DNA of 61,736 bases, filler included, from Sandaracinaceae bacterium (GTDB taxonomy: Bacteria; Myxococcota_A; Polyangia; Polyangiales; JADJQN01): assembly GCA_947483975.1 (NCBI GenBank). It is 3 parts of 3 records of this genome, joined end to end, with 100 filler letters (N's around TTAATTAATTAA, not from the genome) between each part and the next. Parts side by side here need not be neighbours in the genome. Positions count along the whole stretch, not along the records: positions 21,024 to 41,624 come from CANKOL010000052.1; 2 more parts are not named here. One strand, written 5' to 3'. Both the position numbers and the translations under genes were made by a program. Numbering within the stretch: the stretch's first letter is position 1; each line of letters opens with the position of its first letter. A model generated the notes under the pieces. The model saw nothing but the letters and a program-made list of their open reading frames with translations. It made no database searches and had not been told where the DNA came from. This document shows, piece by piece, positions 26,717-37,236 of this stretch.

Positions 26717-28939
26717 TCAGGGGCTGGCGACGGGGACGCCGAGCGCGTCGAACATGAACGACCAGGCGTCGGTGGACTCGTCGATCTGCTCGCTCAGCGC
26801 CGTGCCGATGCCGTGCCCGCTCGTGCTGCTCGTGCGCAGCAAGATGGGCGTGCCCGCCGTGTTCGCGGCTTGGAGGCGCGCCGTCATCTTGCGCGAGTGC
26901 CAGGGCTCGACGCGCGGGTCGTTCGCGCCCGTGAGAAACAGCGTCGCCGGGTACGCCGTCGCCGCGACGTGGTGATACGGCGAGTACGCGTAGAGCGCGG
27001 CGAACTGCGCGGGGTCCTGCACGGTGCCGAACTCGGTGACGTTGAACGCGCCGTTGGGCGATAGCTCGACGCGCAACATATCGTAGATGCCGACGTAGGA
27101 GACGACGGCGTGCGCGAGCGTCGGGTGCTGCGTGAGCGTCGCGCCCATCAGCAAACCGCCGTTGCTGCCGCCCATGATGCCGAGGCGCTCGGGGGAGGTG
27201 TAGTGGTTCGCGACGAGGTACTCGAGCGCCGCCGCGAAGTCGTCGAAGACGTTCTGCTTGTGCGTGAGCGCGCCCTGCTCGTGCCACGCCTCGCCGTACT
27301 CCGCGCCGCCGCGCAGGTTGGTGTCCACCGAGATCACGCCGTGCTCTGCGAGGAGCGCGCCCGTCGACCAGAAGCCCGGCTCGATGTTCACGCCGTAGCC
27401 GCCGTAGCCGAACACGACGCAGGGGTGCGTGCCGTCGAGCGCGGCGCCAGGCGGGAGCACGATGTTGAGGGGCACGCGCGTGCCGTCGCGCGAGGTCGCG
27501 AATTCGCGGCGCACCGTCCAGCCGCTGCTGTCGATGTTGGTCGAGTCGGCGAGCGCCGTGCGGCGCGTCTCGTGGCTCGCGGCGGCGAAGCGGTACCAGG
27601 CGCCGGGCGCGGTGTAAGAGTTGCGCCAGAAGAGCAGGTCGTCGCCGGTCGTCGGCGTGAGCGCGCCGACAGAGGACACGGGCGCTTGCTCGGGCGCGGG
27701 CTTCGCGCGACCGTCGAGCCCGAACACGCGAATCTCGCTCGGCCCGCCGAGCTGATAGGTGAGGTAGAGGCTCGTCGCGGTCACGCGCACGGACGAGTCG
27801 CCGAGGAACGTCGAGACGATGGCGTCGGCGCCCTCGGGCACGAGGGTCGTCGCGTGCGCGAGGCGCAGGTCTGCCGCGCGCAGGCGCAGCACCTTGCCGC
27901 GCGGGGCGTCCTTGCGAGACACGACGTAGAGGTCGCCGCGCGGCCCGAGCGCGCCGAGCACGACGTCGTCGGCGAAGGTCGTCACCTGCGTCCAGCGCCC
28001 GTTGGTCGGGCGCAGATAGAGCGCGAACTCGCCGCCGTCGCCGTTGGCCACCGTCGCGAGCAGGCGCCCCGTCGCGTCGTCCATGTCGAGGCGGATCTCG
28101 GCGATGCGCGGGAAGTCGCGGCCGAGCTCGTAGCGGTCCGCGGTCACCGGCGTGCCGAGCGCGTGGAAGTAGATCTGCAGGAAGAAATTCTCGTCGTCCG
28201 CGGGGCGCTCGCCCGCGCGCGGATAGCGCGTGTAGTAGAGGCCCGCGCCGTCGGGCGCCCAGGCGACGTCGCCCGCGCCTGTGCCGCCGTTGACGTGCTC
28301 GATCACGTCGGGACGCTGCGCGCCCGTCGCCGTGTCGAAGACGTGCAAGTCGCCGCGCTCCGAGCCGCCGCGCGAGAGCGACACCGCGATGAGCGAGCCA
28401 TCGGGCGAGGGCTCGAACCAGTCGATGCTGGTGCCGCCCGCGGCGTCGAGCGCGGACGGATCGATGATGACGCGCGCCGCGTCGGGCGCCTCGACGTCGT
28501 CGAGCACGACGACGAAGGGCTGCTCGCGCGGCGGCTGCGACTCGAGCGCGAACACGCGCGTGCCGCGCACCTGCAGCGAGCCGAAGTGCCGCTGCTGCGC
28601 GCCGAGGAGCTGCTGGAGGCGCGCCCGGAGCGGACCGCGATTCGGCAGCGCGTCGAGGCGGCTCCGCGTGTGCGCGTTCTCGGCGTCGCTCCACGCCTGC
28701 ACTGCGGGATCGGCGGGACTCTCGAGCCACTCGTAGGGGTCGACGACGTCCACGCCCTGATAGGTGTGCGTGACGGGGCGCTGCGCGGCGACGGGCGCAG
28801 CCGCGACGGCGGGCGCTACGGCGACGTCCGGCGTGACCGCGGGAGTGACCGAGGCGGGCGCGCTGAGCGGCGCGGGCGCCGTGTGCGTGCACGCGGCGAG
28901 GGCGAGCGCGACGAGAATCGAGGAATACCTGGCGTTCAT
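26717..28939 (-). CDS. Prolyl oligopeptidase (S9A), lipoprotein
   Basis: LAAC lipobox. VVDPYEWLE, GYGGY, NLRGGAEYGEAWH, GGSNGG, NDPRV, GHG. Confidence 0.94.
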   Translation of the reverse strand: MNARYSSILVALALAACTHTAPAPLSAPASVTPAVTPDVAVAPAVAAAPVAAQRPVTHTYQGVDVVDPYEWLESPADPAVQAWSDAENAHTRSRLDALPNRGPLRARLQQLLGAQQRHFGSLQVRGTRVFALESQPPREQPFVVVLDDVEAPDAARVIIDPSALDAAGGTSIDWFEPSPDGSLIAVSLSRGGSERGDLHVFDTATGAQRPDVIEHVNGGTGAGDVAWAPDGAGLYYTRYPRAGERPADDENFFLQIYFHALGTPVTADRYELGRDFPRIAEIRLDMDDATGRLLATVANGDGGEFALYLRPTNGRWTQVTTFADDVVLGALGPRGDLYVVSRKDAPRGKVLRLRAADLRLAHATTLVPEGADAIVSTFLGDSSVRVTATSLYLTYQLGGPSEIRVFGLDGRAKPAPEQAPVSSVGALTPTTGDDLLFWRNSYTAPGAWYRFAAASHETRRTALADSTNIDSSGWTVRREFATSRDGTRVPLNIVLPPGAALDGTHPCVVFGYGGYGVNIEPGFWSTGALLAEHGVISVDTNLRGGAEYGEAWHEQGALTHKQNVFDDFAAALEYLVANHYTSPERLGIMGGSNGGLLMGATLTQHPTLAHAVVSYVGIYDMLRVELSPNGAFNVTEFGTVQDPAQFAALYAYSPYHHVAATAYPATLFLTGANDPRVEPWHSRKMTARLQAANTAGTPILLRTSSTSGHGIGTALSEQIDESTDAWSFMFDALGVPVASP

Positions 28940-29727
28940 GGCGTGCGCGCTCCCCTGTGAGATGGACCCGTTTCAGCAGGCAATGTCTGACTCGTCAAGC
29001 TACCCGTGGCGTGCGCCTCGAGCAGACGCTCTGCGGCGCGCTGCGCCCCGCCGAGGATCGGGCGGCCGTGGCCGGCGAGGAGGTTCTCGTAGCGCGGCGA
29101 GGCCGCGTGCAAGCGCCGCAGCGAAGCGAGCGCCTGCGCGTAGTCGACGGAATAGTCGGCGTGCGGGAGCGTCATTCGCTGCAGGAGCGTCAGCGGCGGC
29201 ACGGCGGCGAGGAGCGCGTCGCCCGAGAGCAGGCTCGAGGTGCCCGCGTGCCGATAGAGCACGGAGCCCTCGGTGTGCCCGGGCGCGTGAAAGACCTCGA
29301 GGCTGCCGACCGCGTCGCCGTCATCGAGCGCGCGGTCGACGGGGACGCGCGTGCGGGTGCGGTTCTCGATCGCGGCGAACATCCGCTCGAGGCGCGCGCC
29401 GCTCTGCGCGACGAGCGGCGGCGGAGGCGTCATCCCCTCGAGCACGGCGGCGTCGGCGCGGTGCGCGAAGATCCGCAGGCCGTGCACGCGGCGCAGATAC
29501 TCGGCGTTGCCGGCGTGATCGGAGTGCCGATGCGTCAGCAGCACGCCGTCGAGATCGCGCGGGAAGAGGCCCGTCGCGCGCAGGCCCGCGAGCAGCATCG
29601 GGCGCTCGAGCGCGTGCCCGGTGTCGATCAGCCAGCGGTCGCCCGGACCGCCGTCGAGCACGAAGACGTTCGAGACGACGAGACCCCGGAGCCGATGGAG
29701 CGGACCGACGACGCGGCGAGAGCGCAC
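28936..29727 (-). CDS. MBL-fold metallo-hydrolase
   Basis: SNVFVL, LIDTG, THRHSDHAG, APGHTEG, SGDAL, LAGHG. ATGA-coupled to the oligopeptidase. Start is GTG 29727 or 29745. Confidence 0.87.
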   Translation of the reverse strand: MRSRRVVGPLHRLRGLVVSNVFVLDGGPGDRWLIDTGHALERPMLLAGLRATGLFPRDLDGVLLTHRHSDHAGNAEYLRRVHGLRIFAHRADAAVLEGMTPPPPLVAQSGARLERMFAAIENRTRTRVPVDRALDDGDAVGSLEVFHAPGHTEGSVLYRHAGTSSLLSGDALLAAVPPLTLLQRMTLPHADYSVDYAQALASLRRLHAASPRYENLLAGHGRPILGGAQRAAERLLEAHATGSLTSQTLPAETGPSHRGARTP

Positions 29728-29826
29728 GGACCGTATGCTGCCCACGTCTACAGGGCCGAGCGCAAGCGGCGCGGACGGTGCCTTGTCGTCGCGCGGACCG
29801 CGCGGCCCGTGATAGCCTGCTGCACC

Positions 29827-31701
29827 GTGACCTCGACTGAGCCTTCCTCGCTTCCGCGCGCGCTCGCGCGTCCGCTCTCCATCGTGTTCGCAGCCGCGCT
29901 GACGCTCGCGCTCGGTGCCTGCGCGAGCGCCCCGGAGGCGCCCGTCGACGTCGGCGTGCAGCTCGCTTGGCTCGATCAGCCGGCGGGCACGCTGCCCGAC
30001 AGCATCACGTCGATCTCCATCCGCGTGTTCAGCGGCGACGAAGACACCGAGGGCCTCGAGGCCGAGTACACGGTCTCCAACCTGCCGGACGACAACGGTG
30101 ATGGGCGCCCGGATCGCGCGCTCAAGGGCCTCGCGACGGGCGTGCCGATCCGCATCGCGCTCGTCGGCCTCGACGCCGCGCGCGCCTCGCTCTACGTGGG
30201 TCGCGTCGGCCCGATCGTGCTCGAGGCGGGTCAGCGTCGCTTCGTGGACGTGCAGATGTACCCGGTGGGCACCTCGACGGCGACGCCCGACACCACGCTG
30301 ACCGGGCGCTTTCTGCACACCGCGACGACGCTCCCCGATGGGCGCGTGCTGATCGCGGGCGGCTTCTCGTCGATCACGCGCCTCGCGACCTGCCCGTCGC
30401 CGTTCTTGGCGACCGACCACTGCTTCTCGGCGACCGGGTCGCGCGACGCATACCTCTTCTCCCCGACGAGCGGGCGCTTCTTCCACGTCGTCGATCGCCT
30501 GCTCGAGGCCCGCGGCGGGCACACCGCGACGCTGCTCCCCGGCGGGCGAGTGCTGCTCGCGGGCGGCGCGACCGAGGCGCTCGTCGTGTTCTCGCCGATC
30601 GGCGATCCGACGGCCCCGCGCGGCTGGATGCCCGGCGTCTACCCGCAGGACGTGATGGGCACGGCGACCGCGCACGCGACCTTCGAGATCTTCGACCCCG
30701 AGCGCAACGCCGAGACGAGCGACCCCGAGCGCAACGGCGACGACGGGCGCGGCGGCTTCGTCGGCGCGGCGGACGCTCCGGCGGTCCCCGGGCGCCTCAA
30801 CGGGCCGCGCTTTCTGCAGGCCGCGGCCGCGGTGCCCGAGACGAACCTCGTGCTCCTCGCGGGCGGCGCTAGCCTCGAGGCGAGCGGCACGTACGAGATC
30901 TACGACGATCGGCGCCCCGGCGGCTACGGCGTCTACCCGAACGTCGGCGCGCACCTGCGCACGCCGCGCTCCGTGCCGAGCGCGCTCGGCGTCGGCACCG
31001 GCGCGACGGCGAAGGTCTGGATCGTCGGCGGCACCTTCGCGGCGTCGAACGAAGACCTCGCGGAGATCTGGTCGCAGCCGACCGCGACCGCGCCCAACGG
31101 CACGCTCGTCCCGGCGACGTCGACGGGCTTCCCCGCGTCCGATGGTGCGTCGACCGATCCGCGCCCCGAGTTCTCGACGCTGCGCCCCGCGCTCGCGGCG
31201 GTCGGCACCGGGCGCAGCCATCTGCTCTCGGTCGGCTGGCTCGGTGCGCTCTGCGCCGAGGGCACGACGACCCCGGTGTTCGCGGGCTCGACCGGCGGCG
31301 TCGAGGAGCTCTGCGCGAACGGCGCGCCCGACCGCAGCTTCACGACCCGCGTCTCGGGCGCAGGCGTCACCCAAGCCACGGCCGTCGGCGCGCCGCACGC
31401 GCTCGGCTCGAGCGCGCAGCTCGACGACGGCTCGTTCGTCGTGACGGGCGGCGTCAGCAACCTCGTGATGACGGCGCAGTCCGCGATCGACCGCTACACC
31501 GGCAACGTGATGGCCGACCGCGCCGTGCGCCAGACCGGCAGCACCGTGACGCTGCACGCGCAGCGCGCCTTCCACGCGAGCGCGGCGCTCGTCGGGCACG
31601 GCGTGCTCAGCACGGGCGGCGTCGTGTTCACGCCGGACACGACGGGCGCGATGCTCGTCGCCACGCCGGTGGCCGAGGTCCTCTACCTGGCGCCGCTGTG
31701 A
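29827..31701 (+). CDS. Kelch/galactose-oxidase-type beta-propeller lipoprotein
   Basis: LGAC lipobox. RFLHTATTLPDGRVLIAGG, ARGGHTATLLPGGRVLLAGG, RAFHASA..VLSTGG repeats. Confidence 0.83.
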   Translation: MTSTEPSSLPRALARPLSIVFAAALTLALGACASAPEAPVDVGVQLAWLDQPAGTLPDSITSISIRVFSGDEDTEGLEAEYTVSNLPDDNGDGRPDRALKGLATGVPIRIALVGLDAARASLYVGRVGPIVLEAGQRRFVDVQMYPVGTSTATPDTTLTGRFLHTATTLPDGRVLIAGGFSSITRLATCPSPFLATDHCFSATGSRDAYLFSPTSGRFFHVVDRLLEARGGHTATLLPGGRVLLAGGATEALVVFSPIGDPTAPRGWMPGVYPQDVMGTATAHATFEIFDPERNAETSDPERNGDDGRGGFVGAADAPAVPGRLNGPRFLQAAAAVPETNLVLLAGGASLEASGTYEIYDDRRPGGYGVYPNVGAHLRTPRSVPSALGVGTGATAKVWIVGGTFAASNEDLAEIWSQPTATAPNGTLVPATSTGFPASDGASTDPRPEFSTLRPALAAVGTGRSHLLSVGWLGALCAEGTTTPVFAGSTGGVEELCANGAPDRSFTTRVSGAGVTQATAVGAPHALGSSAQLDDGSFVVTGGVSNLVMTAQSAIDRYTGNVMADRAVRQTGSTVTLHAQRAFHASAALVGHGVLSTGGVVFTPDTTGAMLVATPVAEVLYLAPL

Positions 31702-31744
31702 CGCGCGGCGGCTTCTCGCGCGCGAGAAGCTGGCTGCCTCTGCG

Positions 31745-33070
31745 GTGAGCGCGCTCGCGCCCGCGCGACGCCTCGGGACGACGACCGCTGCGCTCGCGGT
31801 CGTCGCGAGCATGGTCGGGACGGGCGTCTTCACGACGACCGGGATGCTCGTGCGCGACGTCGGCTCTGCAGGCGCCGTGCTCGTCGCCTGGGCGCTCTAT
31901 GGCGTCGTCGCGCTCGCCGGCGCGCTCTGCTACGCGGAGCTCGCGGCGGCCCTCCCGCTGAACGGCGGCGAGTACGCGCTCCTCGCGCGCATCTATCACC
32001 CGGCGGTCGGCTTCGCGGCGGGCGCGGTGTCGCTCGTCGTCGGCTTTGCCGCGCCGGTCGCCGCGTGCGCGCTCGCGTTCGGCGACTACGCGCACGCGGT
32101 CTTCCCGCAGGCGCCCGCGCGCCCGCTCGCGTTTCTGCTCGTCGTCGGCGCGAGCGCGCTGCACGGCGTGCACGTCGAGCACGGCGCGCGCGCGCAGAAC
32201 CTCGTCACCGCGCTGAAGCTCGCCCTCGTCGCGGCGTTCGTCGCCTTCGGCGCGGTCGCGCTCCTCCGCGGCGGCGCGCCCGGCCTGCACGAAGCGGCGC
32301 GCGTGCCCCTCGCGGCGGCGCTCGTCTCGCCGCCCTTCGCGGCAGGGCTCGTGCTGATCTCGTTCGCCTACAGCGGCTGGAACGCCGCCTCGTACATCGC
32401 GGGCGAGCTACGCGATCCCGGCCGCACCGTGCCCCGCGCCATCGCGCTCGGCACCGGGGTCGTGACGGTGCTCTACGTCGGGCTCAACGCGGTGTTCCTC
32501 GCCGCCGTCCCCGCGTCGCGCCTCTCGGGCGTCGTCGAGGTCGGGCACGTCGCGGCGACCGCGCTCTTCGGCCCGCGCGCTGGCGCCGCCGTGTCGCTGC
32601 TGATCGCCGCGGGCCTGGTCTCGACGGTCGGCGCGCTGATCATGACGGGCGCCCGCGCGAGCGAGGCGATGGGGCGCGATCACCCCCGCCTCGCGCTCCT
32701 CGCCCGGCGCACGAAGCACGGCGCGCCGCTGGTGTCGGTCGCGCTCCAAGCGGGGCTCGCGGGCGCCCTCGTGCTCGGCGCGACCTTCGACGCGCTCCTG
32801 GTGTGGACGGGCCTGACGCTGACGCTCGCCGCAGCGCTGACCGTCGCCGGCCTCGTCGTGCTCCGGGTGCGCGAGCCAAGCCTCGAGCGCCCGTATCGCG
32901 TGCACGCGTACCCGCTCGCGCCCGCGGTCTTCCTCGCGTTCTCGGCGTGGTCCGTGGTCGCGTCGCTGCTCGAGCAACCGCTGATCGCGCTCGCGAGCGC
33001 AGCGACCATCGCCGCCGCGCTCGCCCTCTACGCCGCCGTCCGCGCGGGAGGCGTCAGAACTGCGCCATGA
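31745..33070 (+). CDS. APC-family amino acid permease
   Basis: MVGTGVF, GALCYAELAA..P..GGEY, FAYSGWN, GELRDPGRTVPRA, RPYRV..YP. About 12 TM segments. Confidence 0.92.
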   Translation: MSALAPARRLGTTTAALAVVASMVGTGVFTTTGMLVRDVGSAGAVLVAWALYGVVALAGALCYAELAAALPLNGGEYALLARIYHPAVGFAAGAVSLVVGFAAPVAACALAFGDYAHAVFPQAPARPLAFLLVVGASALHGVHVEHGARAQNLVTALKLALVAAFVAFGAVALLRGGAPGLHEAARVPLAAALVSPPFAAGLVLISFAYSGWNAASYIAGELRDPGRTVPRAIALGTGVVTVLYVGLNAVFLAAVPASRLSGVVEVGHVAATALFGPRAGAAVSLLIAAGLVSTVGALIMTGARASEAMGRDHPRLALLARRTKHGAPLVSVALQAGLAGALVLGATFDALLVWTGLTLTLAAALTVAGLVVLRVREPSLERPYRVHAYPLAPAVFLAFSAWSVVASLLEQPLIALASAATIAAALALYAAVRAGGVRTAP

Positions 33071-34460
33071 TCGTCGCCGAGAGGTCGAACGTCAGCGCGC
33101 TCTCGAGCCGGAAGCGCCGCCCCGGCAGGTCGATCGTCTCGCGGTAATTCGGGTTGATGATCCCGGTCGCGCAGGTGCCGATGCGCGGGTCGCCCTCCGA
33201 AGGGCTGAAGTTCGGATTGCACGCGTCCGCGAAGCTGAGCAGGTGCGCCGTCGTGTACGCGAGGCCCATCGCGAAGCCGAACTTCACGTAGCGCGCGGCC
33301 TGCATCTCGACGCCGATGTGCCCGCCGATCTGCGCGTGCGGCGCGGTGTCGGTCAGGCCGTAGAAGTAGCCCTTGCGCATCGCCGGATCGGCCGGGTCGC
33401 AGGCGACGTCCCCGCGCTCGCAGACTGGGTCCGTCAGGCCGGTGTTCGCCGAGGTGCCGAGCGCGTCGAAGAGCGGTGACCAGCTGCGGCCCTCGGAGAA
33501 GTACGCGAAGGTGCCGCGGAGATCGAGCGTGAAGCGCTGGTGCCGCGCGCGCTGCTCCCACGGGATGATCGCGAGCCCGACGGTCGCCTCGGCCTGCAGC
33601 GGCGGGATGGTGTCGACGACGCCCTCGAGGTTGCCCGAGGGCACGAAGAAGCGATCGCTCGCCGCCGGCCACTCGATCTGGAACGCGAGGCTGGTGTACG
33701 GCTCGAGGTAGCGATAGCGGTGCGAGCCGCGCGTCTCGAGGCGCAGCGCGTTGGTGCCGCGCGAGATGCCGCCGTCACCCTCGAAGTAACCTGGCGCGCC
33801 GTCCTGGCCGTAGGTCGCGCGGCAGTTGCCGTTGCCGACGGGGTCGACCGCCGACTTGCTGCACGCGCGGAGCGGCGCGCCGACGGCGAGGCGCCCCTCG
33901 ACCATCAGCACCCACGTCGGCAGCCAGCGCGTGCGCTGCTGGTTGGTGATCGACCACGCGAGCCCGACGTTGACGGTGTCGACGCCCGAGCGCGTCGGCG
34001 ACACGAACGGCACCGCGAGCTCGTCCTGGGGCACGCCCGCCGTCAGCCCGCGCAGGGAGCGGTCATCGCTGAGCACGAGCGGCAGGCGCGCGTAGACCAT
34101 CAGGTCGTGATAGAGGCCGGCGTCGAGGCCGAGCACGAGCTTGTTCGTCAGCGAGCGCGAGTCCGCGACGTCGACGTAGCGGGGCGCGCCTGGCAGATCC
34201 GCCGGCGCGCCAGTCGCGTCCACCGGCGGCGCTTCCCGCTGGATCGTCCCCTGCGTCGCCGCGCGCTCGAACGTCAGGCTCAGGTTCAGGTCGAACGGGT
34301 CCTCGTCGTCGAACGCGTCGGCGACGTCCGTGTACGTCGTCGGCTCGTTGAGGAGCACGAGCGGCGGATCGTCCGCGCGGGCGGGCGACGCCACGGCGAG
34401 GAGCCCGAGGCCGACGAGCAGAGGCGCGCCGAGCGCGACGCGAAGAGAGCGGTTCAGCAT
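33054..34460 (-). CDS. Hypothetical secreted protein, probable outer-membrane beta-barrel
   Basis: Sec signal ending ARA-D, alternating amphipathic strands, C-terminal LSATIMAQF with terminal Phe, three Cys-pair loops. Confidence 0.65.
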   Translation of the reverse strand: MLNRSLRVALGAPLLVGLGLLAVASPARADDPPLVLLNEPTTYTDVADAFDDEDPFDLNLSLTFERAATQGTIQREAPPVDATGAPADLPGAPRYVDVADSRSLTNKLVLGLDAGLYHDLMVYARLPLVLSDDRSLRGLTAGVPQDELAVPFVSPTRSGVDTVNVGLAWSITNQQRTRWLPTWVLMVEGRLAVGAPLRACSKSAVDPVGNGNCRATYGQDGAPGYFEGDGGISRGTNALRLETRGSHRYRYLEPYTSLAFQIEWPAASDRFFVPSGNLEGVVDTIPPLQAEATVGLAIIPWEQRARHQRFTLDLRGTFAYFSEGRSWSPLFDALGTSANTGLTDPVCERGDVACDPADPAMRKGYFYGLTDTAPHAQIGGHIGVEMQAARYVKFGFAMGLAYTTAHLLSFADACNPNFSPSEGDPRIGTCATGIINPNYRETIDLPGRRFRLESALTFDLSATIMAQF

Positions 34461-34547
34461 GCTGGCGCGAGGATAGGTCGCGGCCGTCCGCGGGGTCAAC
34501 AAGGGCTTGCGAGGCGGTCAACGGCCGCCCGGGCGCGCCCCGGCGCC

Positions 34548-35840
34548 TCAGGCGTCCTCGGGGACCTCGGCGAAGAGCTCTTCGTGCACGTCCTTGACGG
34601 CGTCCTTCTCGCGCTCCTTGCCGAGCTCGCTCGAGGTCTTGCGCAGCCGCTCGGTGAGCACGCCGAGGAAGCTCCAGAGCAGCTTCACGGCGACGTCGTG
34701 GTCCTTCCGCACGATGTCGAAGAAGTCGCGCCGCCGCAGCACGAGCAGCTTGCTCGGCTCGTCGGCGCTGACGCTCGCGGAGCGCGACGCCTTGTCGACG
34801 AGCGCCATCTCGCCGAAGTGCTGCCCCACCGAGAGGAGCGTGATCAGCGTGTCGCCGGTGTGCACCCGCACCTGCCCGGTGAGCACGAGGAAGAGCTCGT
34901 CGCCGTCCTGTCCCTCGGCGACGACCTCGTCGCCCGCCTCGTAGCTGCGCACCTCGGTGATGTTCACCACGCGCACGAGCTCTTGGTACGTGAGGAAGCG
35001 GAAGAGCGGCATCTTGTGCAGCAGCTCCATCTTCAGGTTCACGTCGCGCGCGAACTTGTCGACGCCCGCCTCGGGGTCCTGGATGCGGACCACGATGACG
35101 GTGATGTTGTCCTTGCCGCCGCGCTCGTTCGCGACGTCGATCAGCCGCTGCGGGAACTCGTCCTCCGGCAGCTCGTCGGCGAGCTTCGCGTACTCGGCGT
35201 CCTCGAAGTAGCCGTGCAGCCCGTCGGAGCAGAGCAAGAAGCGATCGCCCGCGAGCACGTCGAAGTCGAGCGTGTCCGCCTCGACGCTCTCGTAGACGCC
35301 GACGGCGCGCGTCACGGCGTTCTTGTACTGGACCTTCTCGATCTGCTCCTTGGTCAGGCGCCCGCGCTTGAGCAGCTCGTTGATCAGCGAGTGATCCTCG
35401 CTGAGCTGATGCACCGAGCCCTGCCGCAGCAGATAGCAGCGCGAGTCGCCGACGTGCGCGATGAAGCCGCGCGAGCCGATCACGAGCAGCGCCGTCAGCG
35501 TCGTGCCCATGCCGCGCTTGGTCTCGTCGCGCTGCGCCTCCGCGTGGATCGCGGAGCACGCCTCCTGCACGGCGCCCTCGAGCAGGCGCAGCACGTCCTT
35601 GCGAGAGACGCTGCCCGTGCCCTTCTCGTAGTCGTCGAGCATATCCCGCGCGCGCGCGACCGAGTCGCGGAACGAGCGCACGGCCATCGCGCTCGCGACC
35701 TCGCCGGCCGCGTGCCCGCCCATGCCGTCGGCGACGACGTACAGGTTGAGCTTCTTGTCGACGAGGAAGCTGTCCTCGTTGCCATCACGCACGCGACCGA
35801 CATCGGTCACGGGCCAGAAACGAAGGCCGTCGGTCGTCAT
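34548..35840 (-). CDS. PP2C-type Ser/Thr phosphatase (Stp1/IreP-like) fused to cyclic nucleotide-binding domain
   Basis: TDVGRVRDGNED, VADGMGGH, MGTT, HVGDSR, CSDGL, GGKDNIT. C-terminal GQHFGEMALVDKASRSASV. Confidence 0.92.
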   Translation of the reverse strand: MTTDGLRFWPVTDVGRVRDGNEDSFLVDKKLNLYVVADGMGGHAAGEVASAMAVRSFRDSVARARDMLDDYEKGTGSVSRKDVLRLLEGAVQEACSAIHAEAQRDETKRGMGTTLTALLVIGSRGFIAHVGDSRCYLLRQGSVHQLSEDHSLINELLKRGRLTKEQIEKVQYKNAVTRAVGVYESVEADTLDFDVLAGDRFLLCSDGLHGYFEDAEYAKLADELPEDEFPQRLIDVANERGGKDNITVIVVRIQDPEAGVDKFARDVNLKMELLHKMPLFRFLTYQELVRVVNITEVRSYEAGDEVVAEGQDGDELFLVLTGQVRVHTGDTLITLLSVGQHFGEMALVDKASRSASVSADEPSKLLVLRRRDFFDIVRKDHDVAVKLLWSFLGVLTERLRKTSSELGKEREKDAVKDVHEELFAEVPEDA

Positions 35841-36000
35841 GGGATCTCGTCGCTCCCCGGCAGGTCGGAGCAGCCCTCGTACTACGCGGAGAACGGGCCC
35901 GTCAACGCGCGGCCGGAGCCGGGCATGGGCGGGCTATTGTGGTCGGCCGACTCCGAGCGTAACTTGCGGCCCTTCTCGGCAGCCCCGGAGCAGACCCCTC

Positions 36001-37164
36001 ATGACGTATTCCATTCGACTCCTCTGTGCGGCGGCGCTCTGCGCGACGCTCGGCACGGCGTGCAGCACCTCGAAGACCGCCCCGACGACCGACATGGGCA
36101 CGGGCATCACCTTCGACGCCGGCCCCGACCTCGGCGTGATGGATCTCGGCCCGGACTTCGGCGGCTTGCCGCCGGTCGGGGAGATCGGCGCGTCCTGCGA
36201 GATCGACACCGACTGCGCCGCGGGCGGGATGTGCATCCCGGCGTCGGACTTCCCCGGCGGCTACTGCACGCTCGACTGCGCCATGACCGACTGCCCGACG
36301 GGCGCGATCTGCACGCCGGTCGGCGGCGGCTCGACCTACTGCCTCGACGAGTGCGACCCGGCGGCGGCGACGCGCTCGTGCCGCGCCGGCTACGGCTGCG
36401 CGGCGACGATGGTCGGCTCGGTGTGCGTGCCTGGCTGCACGGACGACACCGACTGCACCGGCGGCACGCTCTGCGACACGACCGGCGGCAACGGCGGGCA
36501 GTGCTACACGCCGGGCGCCAACGTCGGCGACCCCTGCACCGACGACTCGCTCTGCCCCGCGGGCGCGTTCTGCTTCGCCGAGGCGTTCTCCGGCTGGCCC
36601 GCCGGGATGTGCGTCGTGATGGGCTGCGACGCGGCCGCCGGCACCGGCTGCCCCGACGGGGCGACCTGCCTGCCGCGCGGGCGCATGGCCATCTGCGTCA
36701 GCTCCTGCGCGATGGATAGCGACTGCCGCGCCGGCTACCACTGCGCCGACAACACCGCGCTCGCGGGCACGAAGGCGTGCGTGCCGATCCTCCCGCCCGC
36801 CGACATCGGCCAGCCGTGCTCGGCCGCAGGCGGCGTCAGCTGCGCCGGCGGCAGCTGCCTCCGCGAGGCCTCCACGGGCTACCCCGGCTCCTACTGCGCG
36901 CAGAACGGCTGCACGCTCGGCGCCGTCGGCTCGGGCTGCCCCGGCGACACGCTCTGCGTCGCCGACGGCGCGACGAACCGCTGCCTCGACGCCTGCACGG
37001 CCGAAGCCGACTGCCGCGATGGCTACGCCTGCACGCAGGCCGACCCCGCCGACCCGGCCGCTGGCAGCTACTGCAAGCCCGCGTGCACCCTCGACGCGCA
37101 GTGCGTGAACACGGGCGCGACCTGCATCACCGCCACCGGCCTCTGCACGCCGCCCCCTCCGTGA
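36001..37164 (+). CDS. Cys-rich repeat lipoprotein
   Basis: GTAC lipobox, DMG/DAG/DLG linker, three related G.IG..C....C..G..C.....P.G.C modules each with CRxGYxC. Confidence 0.8.
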   Translation: MTYSIRLLCAAALCATLGTACSTSKTAPTTDMGTGITFDAGPDLGVMDLGPDFGGLPPVGEIGASCEIDTDCAAGGMCIPASDFPGGYCTLDCAMTDCPTGAICTPVGGGSTYCLDECDPAAATRSCRAGYGCAATMVGSVCVPGCTDDTDCTGGTLCDTTGGNGGQCYTPGANVGDPCTDDSLCPAGAFCFAEAFSGWPAGMCVVMGCDAAAGTGCPDGATCLPRGRMAICVSSCAMDSDCRAGYHCADNTALAGTKACVPILPPADIGQPCSAAGGVSCAGGSCLREASTGYPGSYCAQNGCTLGAVGSGCPGDTLCVADGATNRCLDACTAEADCRDGYACTQADPADPAAGSYCKPACTLDAQCVNTGATCITATGLCTPPPP

Positions 37165-37236
37165 CCGGGCGCGCGGCGCGCTGAACGGCTCGCCGCGCAC
37201 CTAGGTCTCACGGACGTTCCGGAGTTCATTCTGCCG

